Positions 45,316-54,028 of a DNA stretch of 64,000 bases are shown one piece after another. This DNA is from Epithemia pelagica (Eukaryota; Protista; Bacillariophyta). The stretch lies in contig OX337229.1 in NCBI GenBank assembly GCA_946965045.2, positions 5,642,001 to 5,706,000 on the forward strand, in the 5' to 3' direction. How positions within the stretch are numbered: the first letter of the stretch is position 1; every line of letters starts with the position of its first letter. The notes below the pieces were generated by a model that worked only from the letters and a program-made list of their open reading frames with translations, searched no databases and was not told the origin of the DNA. Position numbers and translations under genes: made by a program.

Positions 45316-46692
45316 CTAGAGATCGGAGGGCATGGTACCCAACTCAAACGACAAGTTCTTTCCATAAACCGTCGTTCGCAACTGGGAAATGACATCCATT
45401 CCCAAAATGTTCACCTCATTGTTGGTGGTGGTGGTGTCCCCGGATACTAACAAGTGCGCTTCGACCGCAAAGGGAAAGTCGGCCAACTTGACAATCAGCG
45501 ATTCCGGTAGTTTTGTCGTCCGAGTGGTGGTGGCTGTGGTGGGTGTTGTTGCATCCGAATTGCCTGAAGAGTGTTCCAGTAATACCTCCATGGCTTCTTG
45601 GCACAGATACGTGTTGGGGGAAACCATGTCGCAGAGAAAAATAACATTAAAGGAAGGATAACTGGGACCATCAATGAGACGGCTGCGACGGCGCGTGACA
45701 ATGTTCACCATTAACCGCTTGTGGGGACCATGCAAGACACCGGAAATGGGGGATTGTTGGGGCTGGTCCGCCGCCGACAGGTAGGGCACTTCCAATTCGA
45801 TACTAATTTTCCCATGCAGCGTGTCTGAAGTAATATCCGACAATGGTTGGTGATGGTGGTGTTTAGCATGTGGATCATGATTGGACAGTGTCGACCTGGA
45901 TTTGAGTTCGGCGTTTTGTTGGACCACTTCCCCCGACACTTGTTCCTGGGGACGCTTTTTGGGCAACCGGACACATTTCAAGTTCGTCGCTGCACCATTC
46001 GGGTTGGTAGTAGTGTCCGTAGGCTCCACGGAGTATCCTAGCTCCATGAGGATGGACTGGCACAATGGTACCTTGCGTGCCTTTCGAGAGCCCTTGACTC
46101 CACATCGACTGGCAAACATGCGGAGGAACAGCAGTTCAATGCAATGAATCGGAATGCCCTTGATGGACTTGAGGGCGGTACAAGGAACCGAGGTAGGAAG
46201 ACTCCCTCTTCGTGGTTTCACCACTGGATTGAGTGCCTCGGGTGTCACCTCGACATCTTTCAAGGTGGCAGACTCGATCGGATTGACAGGCCGGGGAACA
46301 TGCGCGTACTTGTCATCGTGTTGTGGTGGTGGTGGTTGTGCCTCGGAAAACTCGGCTTGTGGTGCTGGTGGTGGTGGTTGCTTCGGTGCTGGATCCTGCG
46401 TCGGGTCAACAGTGACAGCGGTGGTGGACGCATGAGTGCCATCGACAGTAGGAACTCCTGTCTCCTGTGATAGTCCTTTGGTTGGGTCCTCCGAGCGAAT
46501 GGGGTCCTCATTCTTATGCTGGTTGGACGAGGTTTCTTGCGGAGGATGGGCAGCACTACTGATTTCACCAATCAAGGATACGTAGGGCGTTGTTGCACCA
46601 TCGTTTTCTTGGGCCTTGGCGGAGGAACCATGGCTGGTAGGTTCCACTAGATGGATCTTGTTGTTGCTATTGTCGTTGTCGTCGAATGGCAT
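45316..46692 (-). CDS. Hypothetical protein: Pro-rich N-terminus, C-terminal retropepsin-like (aspartic protease fold) domain with degenerate active site
   Basis: C-terminal FNVIFLCDMVSPNTYLCQEAM...NILGMDVI mirrors the retropepsin pattern (F-L-x-DTG-S..T.L...ILG.D), with DTG changed to DMV. Confidence 0.55.
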   Translation of the reverse strand: MPFDDNDNSNNKIHLVEPTSHGSSAKAQENDGATTPYVSLIGEISSAAHPPQETSSNQHKNEDPIRSEDPTKGLSQETGVPTVDGTHASTTAVTVDPTQDPAPKQPPPPAPQAEFSEAQPPPPQHDDKYAHVPRPVNPIESATLKDVEVTPEALNPVVKPRRGSLPTSVPCTALKSIKGIPIHCIELLFLRMFASRCGVKGSRKARKVPLCQSILMELGYSVEPTDTTTNPNGAATNLKCVRLPKKRPQEQVSGEVVQQNAELKSRSTLSNHDPHAKHHHHQPLSDITSDTLHGKISIELEVPYLSAADQPQQSPISGVLHGPHKRLMVNIVTRRRSRLIDGPSYPSFNVIFLCDMVSPNTYLCQEAMEVLLEHSSGNSDATTPTTATTTRTTKLPESLIVKLADFPFAVEAHLLVSGDTTTTNNEVNILGMDVISQLRTTVYGKNLSFELGTMPSDL

Positions 46693-46893
46693 GAGAGGGG
46701 AGTGTGTTCTTGCGTTTGCGGGCTTGAAAATGGGCACCAAGAGCGCCTTGCTTGCTTGCTCTACGCTGTTGTTGTGCGGACAGATTTTTGAATTTTCTCC
46801 ATGTACCGCGCCAGGGGCGCGAAGCGCGGGGCACGGCGCACAAGCTACCCGAACCTGAAACTTTGCTTGTGAGCTACACCTCTCGGAGAAGAT

Positions 46894-46915
46894 GCTTTAA
46901 TCAGGGTGTGGAAGT
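46894..46915 (+). repeat. Left TSD (GCTTTAAT) plus left 14-bp TIR of the hAT element
   Basis: Sequence reads gatGCTTTAAT|CAGGGTGTGGAAGT. Confidence 0.97.
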
Positions 46916-47063
46916 TGGAAAATCAGCCATTAGACTTAACTTCCCAACTAATAATTCATTAGACAGTTTACTGTGATGCGACTTGTACCCACTAGTTAAT
47001 ACAACATGTATGATTAACTTAACTTAAACTAATCAAATCACAAAACCACGATACAGAATGAAC

Positions 47064-47280
47064 TTGCAACTAATAGTCTAACACGACTAAGGTACTAACT
47101 TGACTAGATTAAATATGGTTCCAATGAAGAACCTGCAACTTAACTTAGACTAACTTTGAAAGTCGTAGTTTCTTTTCTGAGTCTGCAACTAGACTAAACA
47201 AGTCCAAGTTGCAACTTTGCCCCTTGTAAGTAAACTTCATCCCTCTGTCACCTCCATAGTTACAACTATTAGTTGCAACT
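47064..47280. repeat. Left subterminal repeats (T/C)TGCAACT, including palindrome AGTTGCAACT x2
   Basis: Copies at 47064, 47133, 47183, 47209 and 47273. Full palindromes at 47207-47216 and 47271-47280. Confidence 0.85.
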
Positions 47281-47606
47281 TCTTTGTTGTCGTAGTCACA
47301 AACAACAACTTTTATTCAGAGGAACCATTCACTCTTATCTGTTTCTACGTATTTATTCACACTCTTCCTGCACATATTTACCAATATCACTCCCAGAGGA
47401 GTAGAACGTTCACGACTCACGACAGAGGTTCAACCAACACTCACAACTCTCAACCTCTCAACATTCACCAATCCACTGTCACCTGTCACCTTTACCTTTG
47501 TTCCTTTCCATCAACGACACAACCTTCAGTTTTCCTGCCCTTCTCATTTCTCATTGCCACTATTATTTCCCCATCCTCAACCCCATGCATCTTATATTCA
47601 AGTACA

Positions 47607-49448
47607 ATGGAAGCATCAGATGACCGTACCATCAACCTCGATGTGACTTGTCACCAAGTCATCACTGTGACCCATATTCCAATGTCGTTCATGACCATGA
47701 TGCTAGAGGACTCAACTTTGCTAACCACTCCCTTGGAAAAGGCGACACAAGACTTGGCAATGGAGAACATAAAAGATGTGGTGTTGCTGTGGCTTACCCG
47801 GTACAATGGAAGTCTGCACTACCAACAAGTCGACTATCCATCCAACACAAGCCACCCTTGTTTATCTCCCAGTCGCATGTCATTCGAAAGCTTACTGAAC
47901 ACTGTCTGTCGAATAGTGTTTACGGGTCTGTATTCCCAAGAAGATGACTCATTCCAAGTCACATACGAGATGAACCCCCCCACCGACGACCTCCCCTTCA
48001 TCTCCATTGAAGGAAAATGCCGACCAATATTTTCTTTGCCTTCCTCCAATGGTCTCAGAGCATTTCAAAAATTCAATGCCGATTACCATCAGCAAAACAA
48101 CTACACTAAACTTTCCGTGGAATGGAATCTTCTAACCTGGATGACCCGACACAATGCCAGAATCCAGGTTAGAAATTCCTTTGACCTACGGACAGAGTGT
48201 CCTATTTGTATTAGTCCAAGCATCGACATCGTTGTTGAGGACATTGTTGCGCATACTAAGAAGAGCACGAAGGAGGATGACCGTTACTCAATGAAACTGG
48301 ATACAACAACGTCCCCTCCTCCTATTGATACAAGTCCTCCATCAACTCCAGTTGCCAAAGCTTCTCAATCTACCATGGGCCCAAATAGCAACAACGCTTC
48401 TACTTCTGTCACCCATGAATATTGGGCTTCTTCTCCTGTCATTGATGAATATTGGACCAAGCGACAATTTTCCCCCACTGCCCATGTCTTGACTCGGCAA
48501 AGAAAAACTGTTCTCTGCCATGCTTTATTGCAATCATGTTCCGCCAAGGAACAGATAGTCTATGGCGACAGACACATGCCTGGGACACCTGCAATTACCA
48601 AACCTGTCATGACCAGAATGTTTCGCCCTTCCATCCCCATTAGAAACCAATCCACAATTGATTCCCGGCTGTTTTTACTTGATAATCTTTCCCATTTACG
48701 TCGGTATTTCCTTCAGTCTGGTTTGGAAGCCCCCAGAGACACATGGTCCGAATGGATTACCAACAATATGTCGGAATATGAAGACTCTGACCCAGCCTTC
48801 ATGTGTCTCATTGTTATCTTGATGAGCTCGGCCACATCAGATCAAAGTCTCTCTCAAGTGATCCCTCGCTTATTCCAATCGGGCATCACTAGTGCACAAG
48901 GAACAATTGAAGTGTCTACATATTTTGGGATGGATGTTTTCTGTACTTTGTTTGCAGAAACAGGACGGTATCGTGTCAATGCGGAACGCATAGTCAACGC
49001 CGCGGACTATTTCGTCCAGCGACACAAAGGTCGCATTCCTAAAGACATTTCCCTTACTGAGCTTATGACCTTACCTGGAATTGGCCACAAGACGGGAACA
49101 ATCATTCTACAAACGGCATTTGGCCGGACGGAAGGAATTCCCTCAGATATTCATGTTATCCGATCAACTAAGGTTCTCAATTGGACGGAGTCTCATATCA
49201 ATGACGGCATGGAATGCTCTTTGAACCTTCAATCATGGCTTCCTAAAGAACGATGGGAGGAAATCAATCCTTTATTTGGTTCACTAGGACAACTACTTAA
49301 CAAATCACAGACCAGAAGCAAGTGCCAAGAACAAATGGAGTCTTTTATTGTGGCTCACTCTCATGACAAATCCGAATCTAAATCTCCAGCGAATCTTCGC
49401 CATCTCAAGTATTTCTTTCTGCAGTTGATAAAAGAATATACTAAATGA
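47607..49448 (+). CDS. Transposon-borne endonuclease III (Nth/NTHL1)-like HhH-GPD DNA glycosylase/AP lyase with ~400-aa novel N-terminal region; no 4Fe-4S cluster motif
   Basis: FMCLIVILMSSATSD, HhH motif LMTLPGIGHKTG (catalytic Lys at 49089-49091), GIPSDIHVIR (catalytic Asp at 49146-49148), and LQSWLPKERWEEINPLFGSLGQ. The C-x6-C-x2-C-x5-C motif is absent. Confidence 0.88.
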   Translation: MEASDDRTINLDVTCHQVITVTHIPMSFMTMMLEDSTLLTTPLEKATQDLAMENIKDVVLLWLTRYNGSLHYQQVDYPSNTSHPCLSPSRMSFESLLNTVCRIVFTGLYSQEDDSFQVTYEMNPPTDDLPFISIEGKCRPIFSLPSSNGLRAFQKFNADYHQQNNYTKLSVEWNLLTWMTRHNARIQVRNSFDLRTECPICISPSIDIVVEDIVAHTKKSTKEDDRYSMKLDTTTSPPPIDTSPPSTPVAKASQSTMGPNSNNASTSVTHEYWASSPVIDEYWTKRQFSPTAHVLTRQRKTVLCHALLQSCSAKEQIVYGDRHMPGTPAITKPVMTRMFRPSIPIRNQSTIDSRLFLLDNLSHLRRYFLQSGLEAPRDTWSEWITNNMSEYEDSDPAFMCLIVILMSSATSDQSLSQVIPRLFQSGITSAQGTIEVSTYFGMDVFCTLFAETGRYRVNAERIVNAADYFVQRHKGRIPKDISLTELMTLPGIGHKTGTIILQTAFGRTEGIPSDIHVIRSTKVLNWTESHINDGMECSLNLQSWLPKERWEEINPLFGSLGQLLNKSQTRSKCQEQMESFIVAHSHDKSESKSPANLRHLKYFFLQLIKEYTK

Positions 49449-49550
49449 CTGTCAATATATTATATTTACCAAAATGCACTGCGATTATGAATGTATAGTT
49501 TCCGTGACGTTTCTTCCATTGTCACCTTCAATGACGTTCGTGGTCGGAGA

Positions 49551-52500
49551 TCAACTGGTACCGTCATTGTCCGCACTTGAGACTTCCTTCTCTGCAAGTC
49601 TTGGGCTTCTTCTCGTTGGCGAGTCGTTTGGGGTTGGGGGTGGTTTGCGATTGTCTTTCTTGCGTGGTGTTCTAACCACAGTTCTTGCGAGTGCCTCAGA
49701 GAGTGAATTCTGCTTCGTCCGTTTCCTTCCTTTTTGAATAGTTGAAGAGGCTTTACGTTTCCCACTATCTCCTTTCTTGCCTTCATTGGCATTTGCAACG
49801 GGCAGACTAGCAACAGTCTTCTCCAACGCGGTTTGTTGAATGAGTTCATTCTTTCTTTCCTGGATGGCTTCTTTTAACGCCGTGTCAGAATCTTCCTTGT
49901 CTTCGTCATCGTCGTAAGGAGCAACAACTTTTCGATCCAAAGCCTCTAGTTGATCTTCATCTCGTGGATCGTCTACCAGATCAACCAATTCGACGTCGTC
50001 CCATGTCGCATCGCTCACAACTGTCTTCTTATCAACCTTTTTGACCGACTTGAACTTGTAACTTGTTTCCGCCTCTATGCCGTGGGCACCAATAGTTCCG
50101 GACAGTTCGTAGAGTTCCAGCTTCGACGTTGCTCGTAGTACCGTTTCCATCCGAGTCATATCGGATTGTGTCGGTGTGGCTTTTTCCAGTGGGACAACAG
50201 GAACTTGTGTTCCTGCTGCCGGGGTGCGTTGTTGTGCGGTCTGTTGTACCTGACTGACTTCTTCCCCTTTAGATTCCTGGCTGAGATCTATCACCTTCTT
50301 TGCTTGGCGGCCACTGGCTGCCTGTTTTTCGTCGGAGGTCGCGCCTTGTTTGAGTAGCTTCTCATTCTTGACAATCTCAGAGCGCACCTCCCTTGTAATA
50401 CTTTCCATAGTGCGCATTTCAAAGTTCTTGTCAAGTTGGCGTCTCATTAAGGGATTCCTATCCATGAACGACGACCGAGAGAACACGCGTTCCTGGAATG
50501 CGTTTGTCGCAGGTTTCGATATCCAAATCAAGGCACTAGGAAAGAGTTTGGGGAATAGCATCTTGTTGTCGGACCACCATTTCAAGACGTCAAAATATTT
50601 CCCAACGACATGGAAATAGTGTTCCGTACAGGCCAACTTGAATTCTTGTTGTTTTTCAGGGTTCCACGAACCAGATAGTTTCAGAAATGCGGCAGTGGGA
50701 TACTGGCGAATCAAGTCCTCCCAGGATCCATGGACAACGTTCTCGCAAAATTCGAGATAGCGTCCGAACTGTTCATCACACATCTTGTATAGCTTGGCTC
50801 TATCAACTTGGTCATCTGTACTGGTACTTGTCGCCGTCGCCTCCATTAGTGCAGCATTTTCTTTCTCCTTGGTGATGCGATGTGTCTTGAAGATGTTAAA
50901 GCAGTCCATTACATTCGTGACAGCTTTTGGGACTGAAGGCTCTTCCTCTTCGTCCTCGATGATCTCCACAGGTGTACTTTCCTTTTGTTGTTCACGTTCC
51001 TGCTGATTCGACTTGGATTGGGGATTGGTGCCATTCTTCTTTGGCTGCGAGAACTTGCGGACAATGTCCATCACAAATTCTTTCCGAATCCGTTTAAGAC
51101 TCTCATCGTCGTAAACATTTATGGTTTTCAGTATGTTGGGACCATAAGATGCAAGGAAAGGATGTCCACACATGGCGTGTTCAGCGTGGGAGTCATGGCC
51201 TTCCTCAATGTAGTTTGTATATTCCACAAGTACTCGCTCGATCAACAATTGACTCTTTTCTGACAATTTGTCGTATGTTACAATGTCTCGATACGATTGA
51301 AGCTTGGCGATGGTGAGACTGGCATCCCATGGGCGTGCATTAGGCCCAGTAACAGTCAACACGGGCACTCCCTTATCTTTCATAACTTCCACACAATGCT
51401 TGCTGGTGAAGATTTCCAGCAATGAACAAGCCGATGCAGAAGGGTCGTCAACTTGGAGTGACATGGAGACTTGTTTGAGTGGGGCCAAGATTCCCTCGAA
51501 TTCGGCCAAGAGCTGCCAGTCCTCTTCAGAGGGATAATGTTTAATGAATTCGTCGTCCTTGTACTCAAATTGCTCTTTTGCATACATATCCGTTACAAAT
51601 TTGTTCCGGAATAGGTCATGAAAGGTAATGATGCAGCCTCCAACACGGGTTGTATTCGGCATAGAGACTTTGATGACCTTCCTCCCATGTTTTAGGGCGT
51701 AGGAACGTAGCTTTTCAAATCTTTTGGCACGCGAACTCATCATCCATGCTGCAAATTTGAAGAATTTTCTATAAACAGTCATGAATTCCTCGTTACTGTC
51801 CACCACTTCGCCTTTTTTTTTCCGGACTGCCAGACCTGTGGAGTGTTTCAAGATCAGTTCGGCCCTGTGCATGTCGCACTTGCCGCCTGTCTTATTACCC
51901 ACTATATACTTTCCAGCCAACACGGCGGAGTTCGTGTTGTCATTCACGGAGGCAGAGAGGTCTTGTTGCGTAAAGCCGACAGCGTTGAGGATTGATGAGG
52001 TGTGGTCGGCTACTTGTTTTGCTGTATGACCCTTTGTTGAGCAAAGGCCAATCGGGAGTCTGTAAGATTTACAGTTCCGAGGATCGGTGAACATCAAACA
52101 AACCCCAAGGACATCCTTGTCATTTCCCTGCCAGATGTCGTGTGTTATCGTAGAAAAGGCGATGGGTTTGTTGCATAGATCATGGTACGCTTGTCGTACG
52201 TTTTCTCCAAGTTCCGTAACGGTCTTGAGAAAATCATTGTAGGACTCCAATCTCATCCGAGTGATTGCTTTGTTGCTTATGGAACAGTCCTTTTCCTTGA
52301 GCTTTGGGGCGTTGGCAATTGCACACTTAAGAAGATCTCTAAACGATTCCTTCTCAACAGTTGATGCCGGGAAACCACAGTCATTCACGAACTTATAAAT
52401 TGACTGATGAAACATTACTCTGGCATCTTGTTTGCTAACCATTGTGCCAGAATACATGGAAATGGGTTGTTGAGTAGGGTCGGTTGCAACAGAGGCAGTA

Positions 52501-53216
52501 TCTTCCACGACTTCGGGGTGGTATTTACCAAAGTGTTTGCTGATGTTGGACGAAAGGCCTCTGCCAAGACCAAGGAGACATTTGTCGAGACTAACAGTCG
52601 GGTCGTCGAAGCAATGTGGACAAACAACAAGCTTCTTTACAATGGAATGATAGCCATCGTTCATTTCTTTGTCTTCATCAGAAGCTGACTCTAACAATTG
52701 CAGACACGAAAATAAACCTGGCATTTTCCCCAAATTGACAGCGGGGTTTGATTTTAAGGTCTTCTTCGTGCTGGTCAATTTCTTGAAGTTCAGGTAACGA
52801 ACTTTTCCAAAGAACGAATTTTGGAAATTTCGAAAGAGCTTCTTCGGAGGTGGACAAAACGAGACATATGATTTCTCTTGTTTGATTTCATCCTTTCGGC
52901 TTTGTGTCAAGGGTCCCTCGTCCGTAGGAGCAGGAGCAGCAACTTGTTGAGAGTTGTCTTCATTGTTGGCTGTTGTAGGAGGCGCCTGGTTTTCATTTTC
53001 TCTTTCATTGGTTGTTGTCGGTGGGTTCGTGGGTTCTTCATTGTTGTCGTCACCTCCAGTTGCTGACGATAGTCGAGCTTCTTTGGAGGATTGAGATGAC
53101 TGCCGTTGATTCTTTCTTTGGGGAGCCATGGCATACATGAATGTCGCTGATGAAAGACTGGAAACAGCAGGGGAGTTCAAATCTACTTCAATGTCCTCGA
53201 TTGGCAACAAAGACAT
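49551..53216 (-). CDS. hAT-family transposase (BED-like zinc finger, DDE core, C-terminal dimerisation domain), 1221 aa, uninterrupted
   Basis: CPHC...KHFGKYH zinc finger, THDIW (D1), NDNTNSA (D2), CDMH (CxxH), KWWSDNKMLFPKL, and ATNAFQERVFS (E). Confidence 0.95.
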   Translation of the reverse strand: MSLLPIEDIEVDLNSPAVSSLSSATFMYAMAPQRKNQRQSSQSSKEARLSSATGGDDNNEEPTNPPTTTNERENENQAPPTTANNEDNSQQVAAPAPTDEGPLTQSRKDEIKQEKSYVSFCPPPKKLFRNFQNSFFGKVRYLNFKKLTSTKKTLKSNPAVNLGKMPGLFSCLQLLESASDEDKEMNDGYHSIVKKLVVCPHCFDDPTVSLDKCLLGLGRGLSSNISKHFGKYHPEVVEDTASVATDPTQQPISMYSGTMVSKQDARVMFHQSIYKFVNDCGFPASTVEKESFRDLLKCAIANAPKLKEKDCSISNKAITRMRLESYNDFLKTVTELGENVRQAYHDLCNKPIAFSTITHDIWQGNDKDVLGVCLMFTDPRNCKSYRLPIGLCSTKGHTAKQVADHTSSILNAVGFTQQDLSASVNDNTNSAVLAGKYIVGNKTGGKCDMHRAELILKHSTGLAVRKKKGEVVDSNEEFMTVYRKFFKFAAWMMSSRAKRFEKLRSYALKHGRKVIKVSMPNTTRVGGCIITFHDLFRNKFVTDMYAKEQFEYKDDEFIKHYPSEEDWQLLAEFEGILAPLKQVSMSLQVDDPSASACSLLEIFTSKHCVEVMKDKGVPVLTVTGPNARPWDASLTIAKLQSYRDIVTYDKLSEKSQLLIERVLVEYTNYIEEGHDSHAEHAMCGHPFLASYGPNILKTINVYDDESLKRIRKEFVMDIVRKFSQPKKNGTNPQSKSNQQEREQQKESTPVEIIEDEEEEPSVPKAVTNVMDCFNIFKTHRITKEKENAALMEATATSTSTDDQVDRAKLYKMCDEQFGRYLEFCENVVHGSWEDLIRQYPTAAFLKLSGSWNPEKQQEFKLACTEHYFHVVGKYFDVLKWWSDNKMLFPKLFPSALIWISKPATNAFQERVFSRSSFMDRNPLMRRQLDKNFEMRTMESITREVRSEIVKNEKLLKQGATSDEKQAASGRQAKKVIDLSQESKGEEVSQVQQTAQQRTPAAGTQVPVVPLEKATPTQSDMTRMETVLRATSKLELYELSGTIGAHGIEAETSYKFKSVKKVDKKTVVSDATWDDVELVDLVDDPRDEDQLEALDRKVVAPYDDDEDKEDSDTALKEAIQERKNELIQQTALEKTVASLPVANANEGKKGDSGKRKASSTIQKGRKRTKQNSLSEALARTVVRTPRKKDNRKPPPTPNDSPTRRSPRLAEKEVSSADNDGTS

Positions 53217-53452
53217 GTGCTTTCAACCAGAGATTGGTTGTTTGATTCCGACAGTGTCAACTGGAAAAATCACACCTCATTCGTGTGCTGTAACGCTGCA
53301 ACAGAGGTGAAGAGATTGTGTGTTGGGTTCAGTGTTAAGAGGTAAGAAAGAGGTAAGGGGCCAGTACCGATTATATCTTGTTGACTGTGTTTGTTACTGT
53401 AGGATAGTGCGAAGTGACCAAGTGTCAAGTGTCGACAGTCGACACTGACACT

Positions 53453-53775
53453 AGTTGCAATGAAGTAAAATTACAACTTGATTTGGAGAATTTAGTTCTA
53501 ATCTTGAGACTTGCAATTAGACTTCAGACTTCGAGTCACTAAGTGGAGACATGTAACTTGATTGAACTATGTGAGAAAATTGCAACTTGGATAATTACAT
53601 TGGTGTGTGCCAATGTTCCGGTAATCAGAGCTTGTAAATAACTAAGTTGGATGGGTCCAAGTCAAGTTCGATGAAAAATGTGAGCAATTTGACTTTGTGA
53701 AAAAAGTTCGTTTGAGAAAGGCTAGTAATGTGATTTGATTTGTGAAATTATGGTGAAAAAGTTCAAAAGTTGCAG
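53453..53775. repeat. Right subterminal repeats AGTTGCA(A/G)/TTGCAACT
   Basis: AGTTGCAA at 53453, TTGCAACT at 53580 and AGTTGCAG at 53768. Confidence 0.75.
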
Positions 53776-53799
53776 AACTTAGAAAATTTTTCGCTAGTG

Positions 53800-53821
53800 A
53801 CTTCCACACCCTGGCTTTAAT
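53800..53821 (-). repeat. Right 14-bp TIR plus right TSD (GCTTTAAT) of the hAT element
   Basis: Sequence reads ACTTCCACACCCTG|GCTTTAAT. Confidence 0.97.
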
Positions 53822-54028
53822 GCTTTAGTATGATGGTCCGTTGTCCATCTCACACAAGTCATCATGAATGCCCTCCAATAATATCTAGAGTGGCAATGAT
53901 GTTGGACAGCGTACAAAAAGAAAAAAGAACTATTAATACTATTGCAGTAAGCTTGTGGATAAAAAGGGTCCCCCGAATGATGATGATGAGTAAACGAAAC
54001 ACACACAGATTTGCCGGAATCACGCGCG

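Larger units (their letters stand above)
46902..53813. mobile_element. Complete autonomous-type hAT DNA transposon (6,912 bp) carrying a transposase and a cargo HhH-GPD glycosylase
   Basis: TIR CAGGGTGTGGAAGT (46902-46915) with perfect reverse complement at 53800-53813. 8-bp TSD GCTTTAAT at 46894-46901 and 53814-53821. AT-rich subterminal regions with repeated (T/C)TGCAACT. Confidence 0.97.

Noticed and set aside
47217-47606. 130-codon in-frame TTG-initiated extension of the glycosylase ORF
   Set aside because: No ATG; it overlaps the subterminal repeats and is low-complexity and pyrimidine-rich. It is more likely promoter/5'-UTR, so ATG 47607 was preferred.
47607-49448. Calling the cargo a ROS1/DEMETER orthologue
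   Set aside because: It lacks the Fe-S motif, the split domain A and the CXXC/RRM C-terminus of DEMETER-family proteins, and the core is Nth-like. 5mC activity is only a hypothesis.
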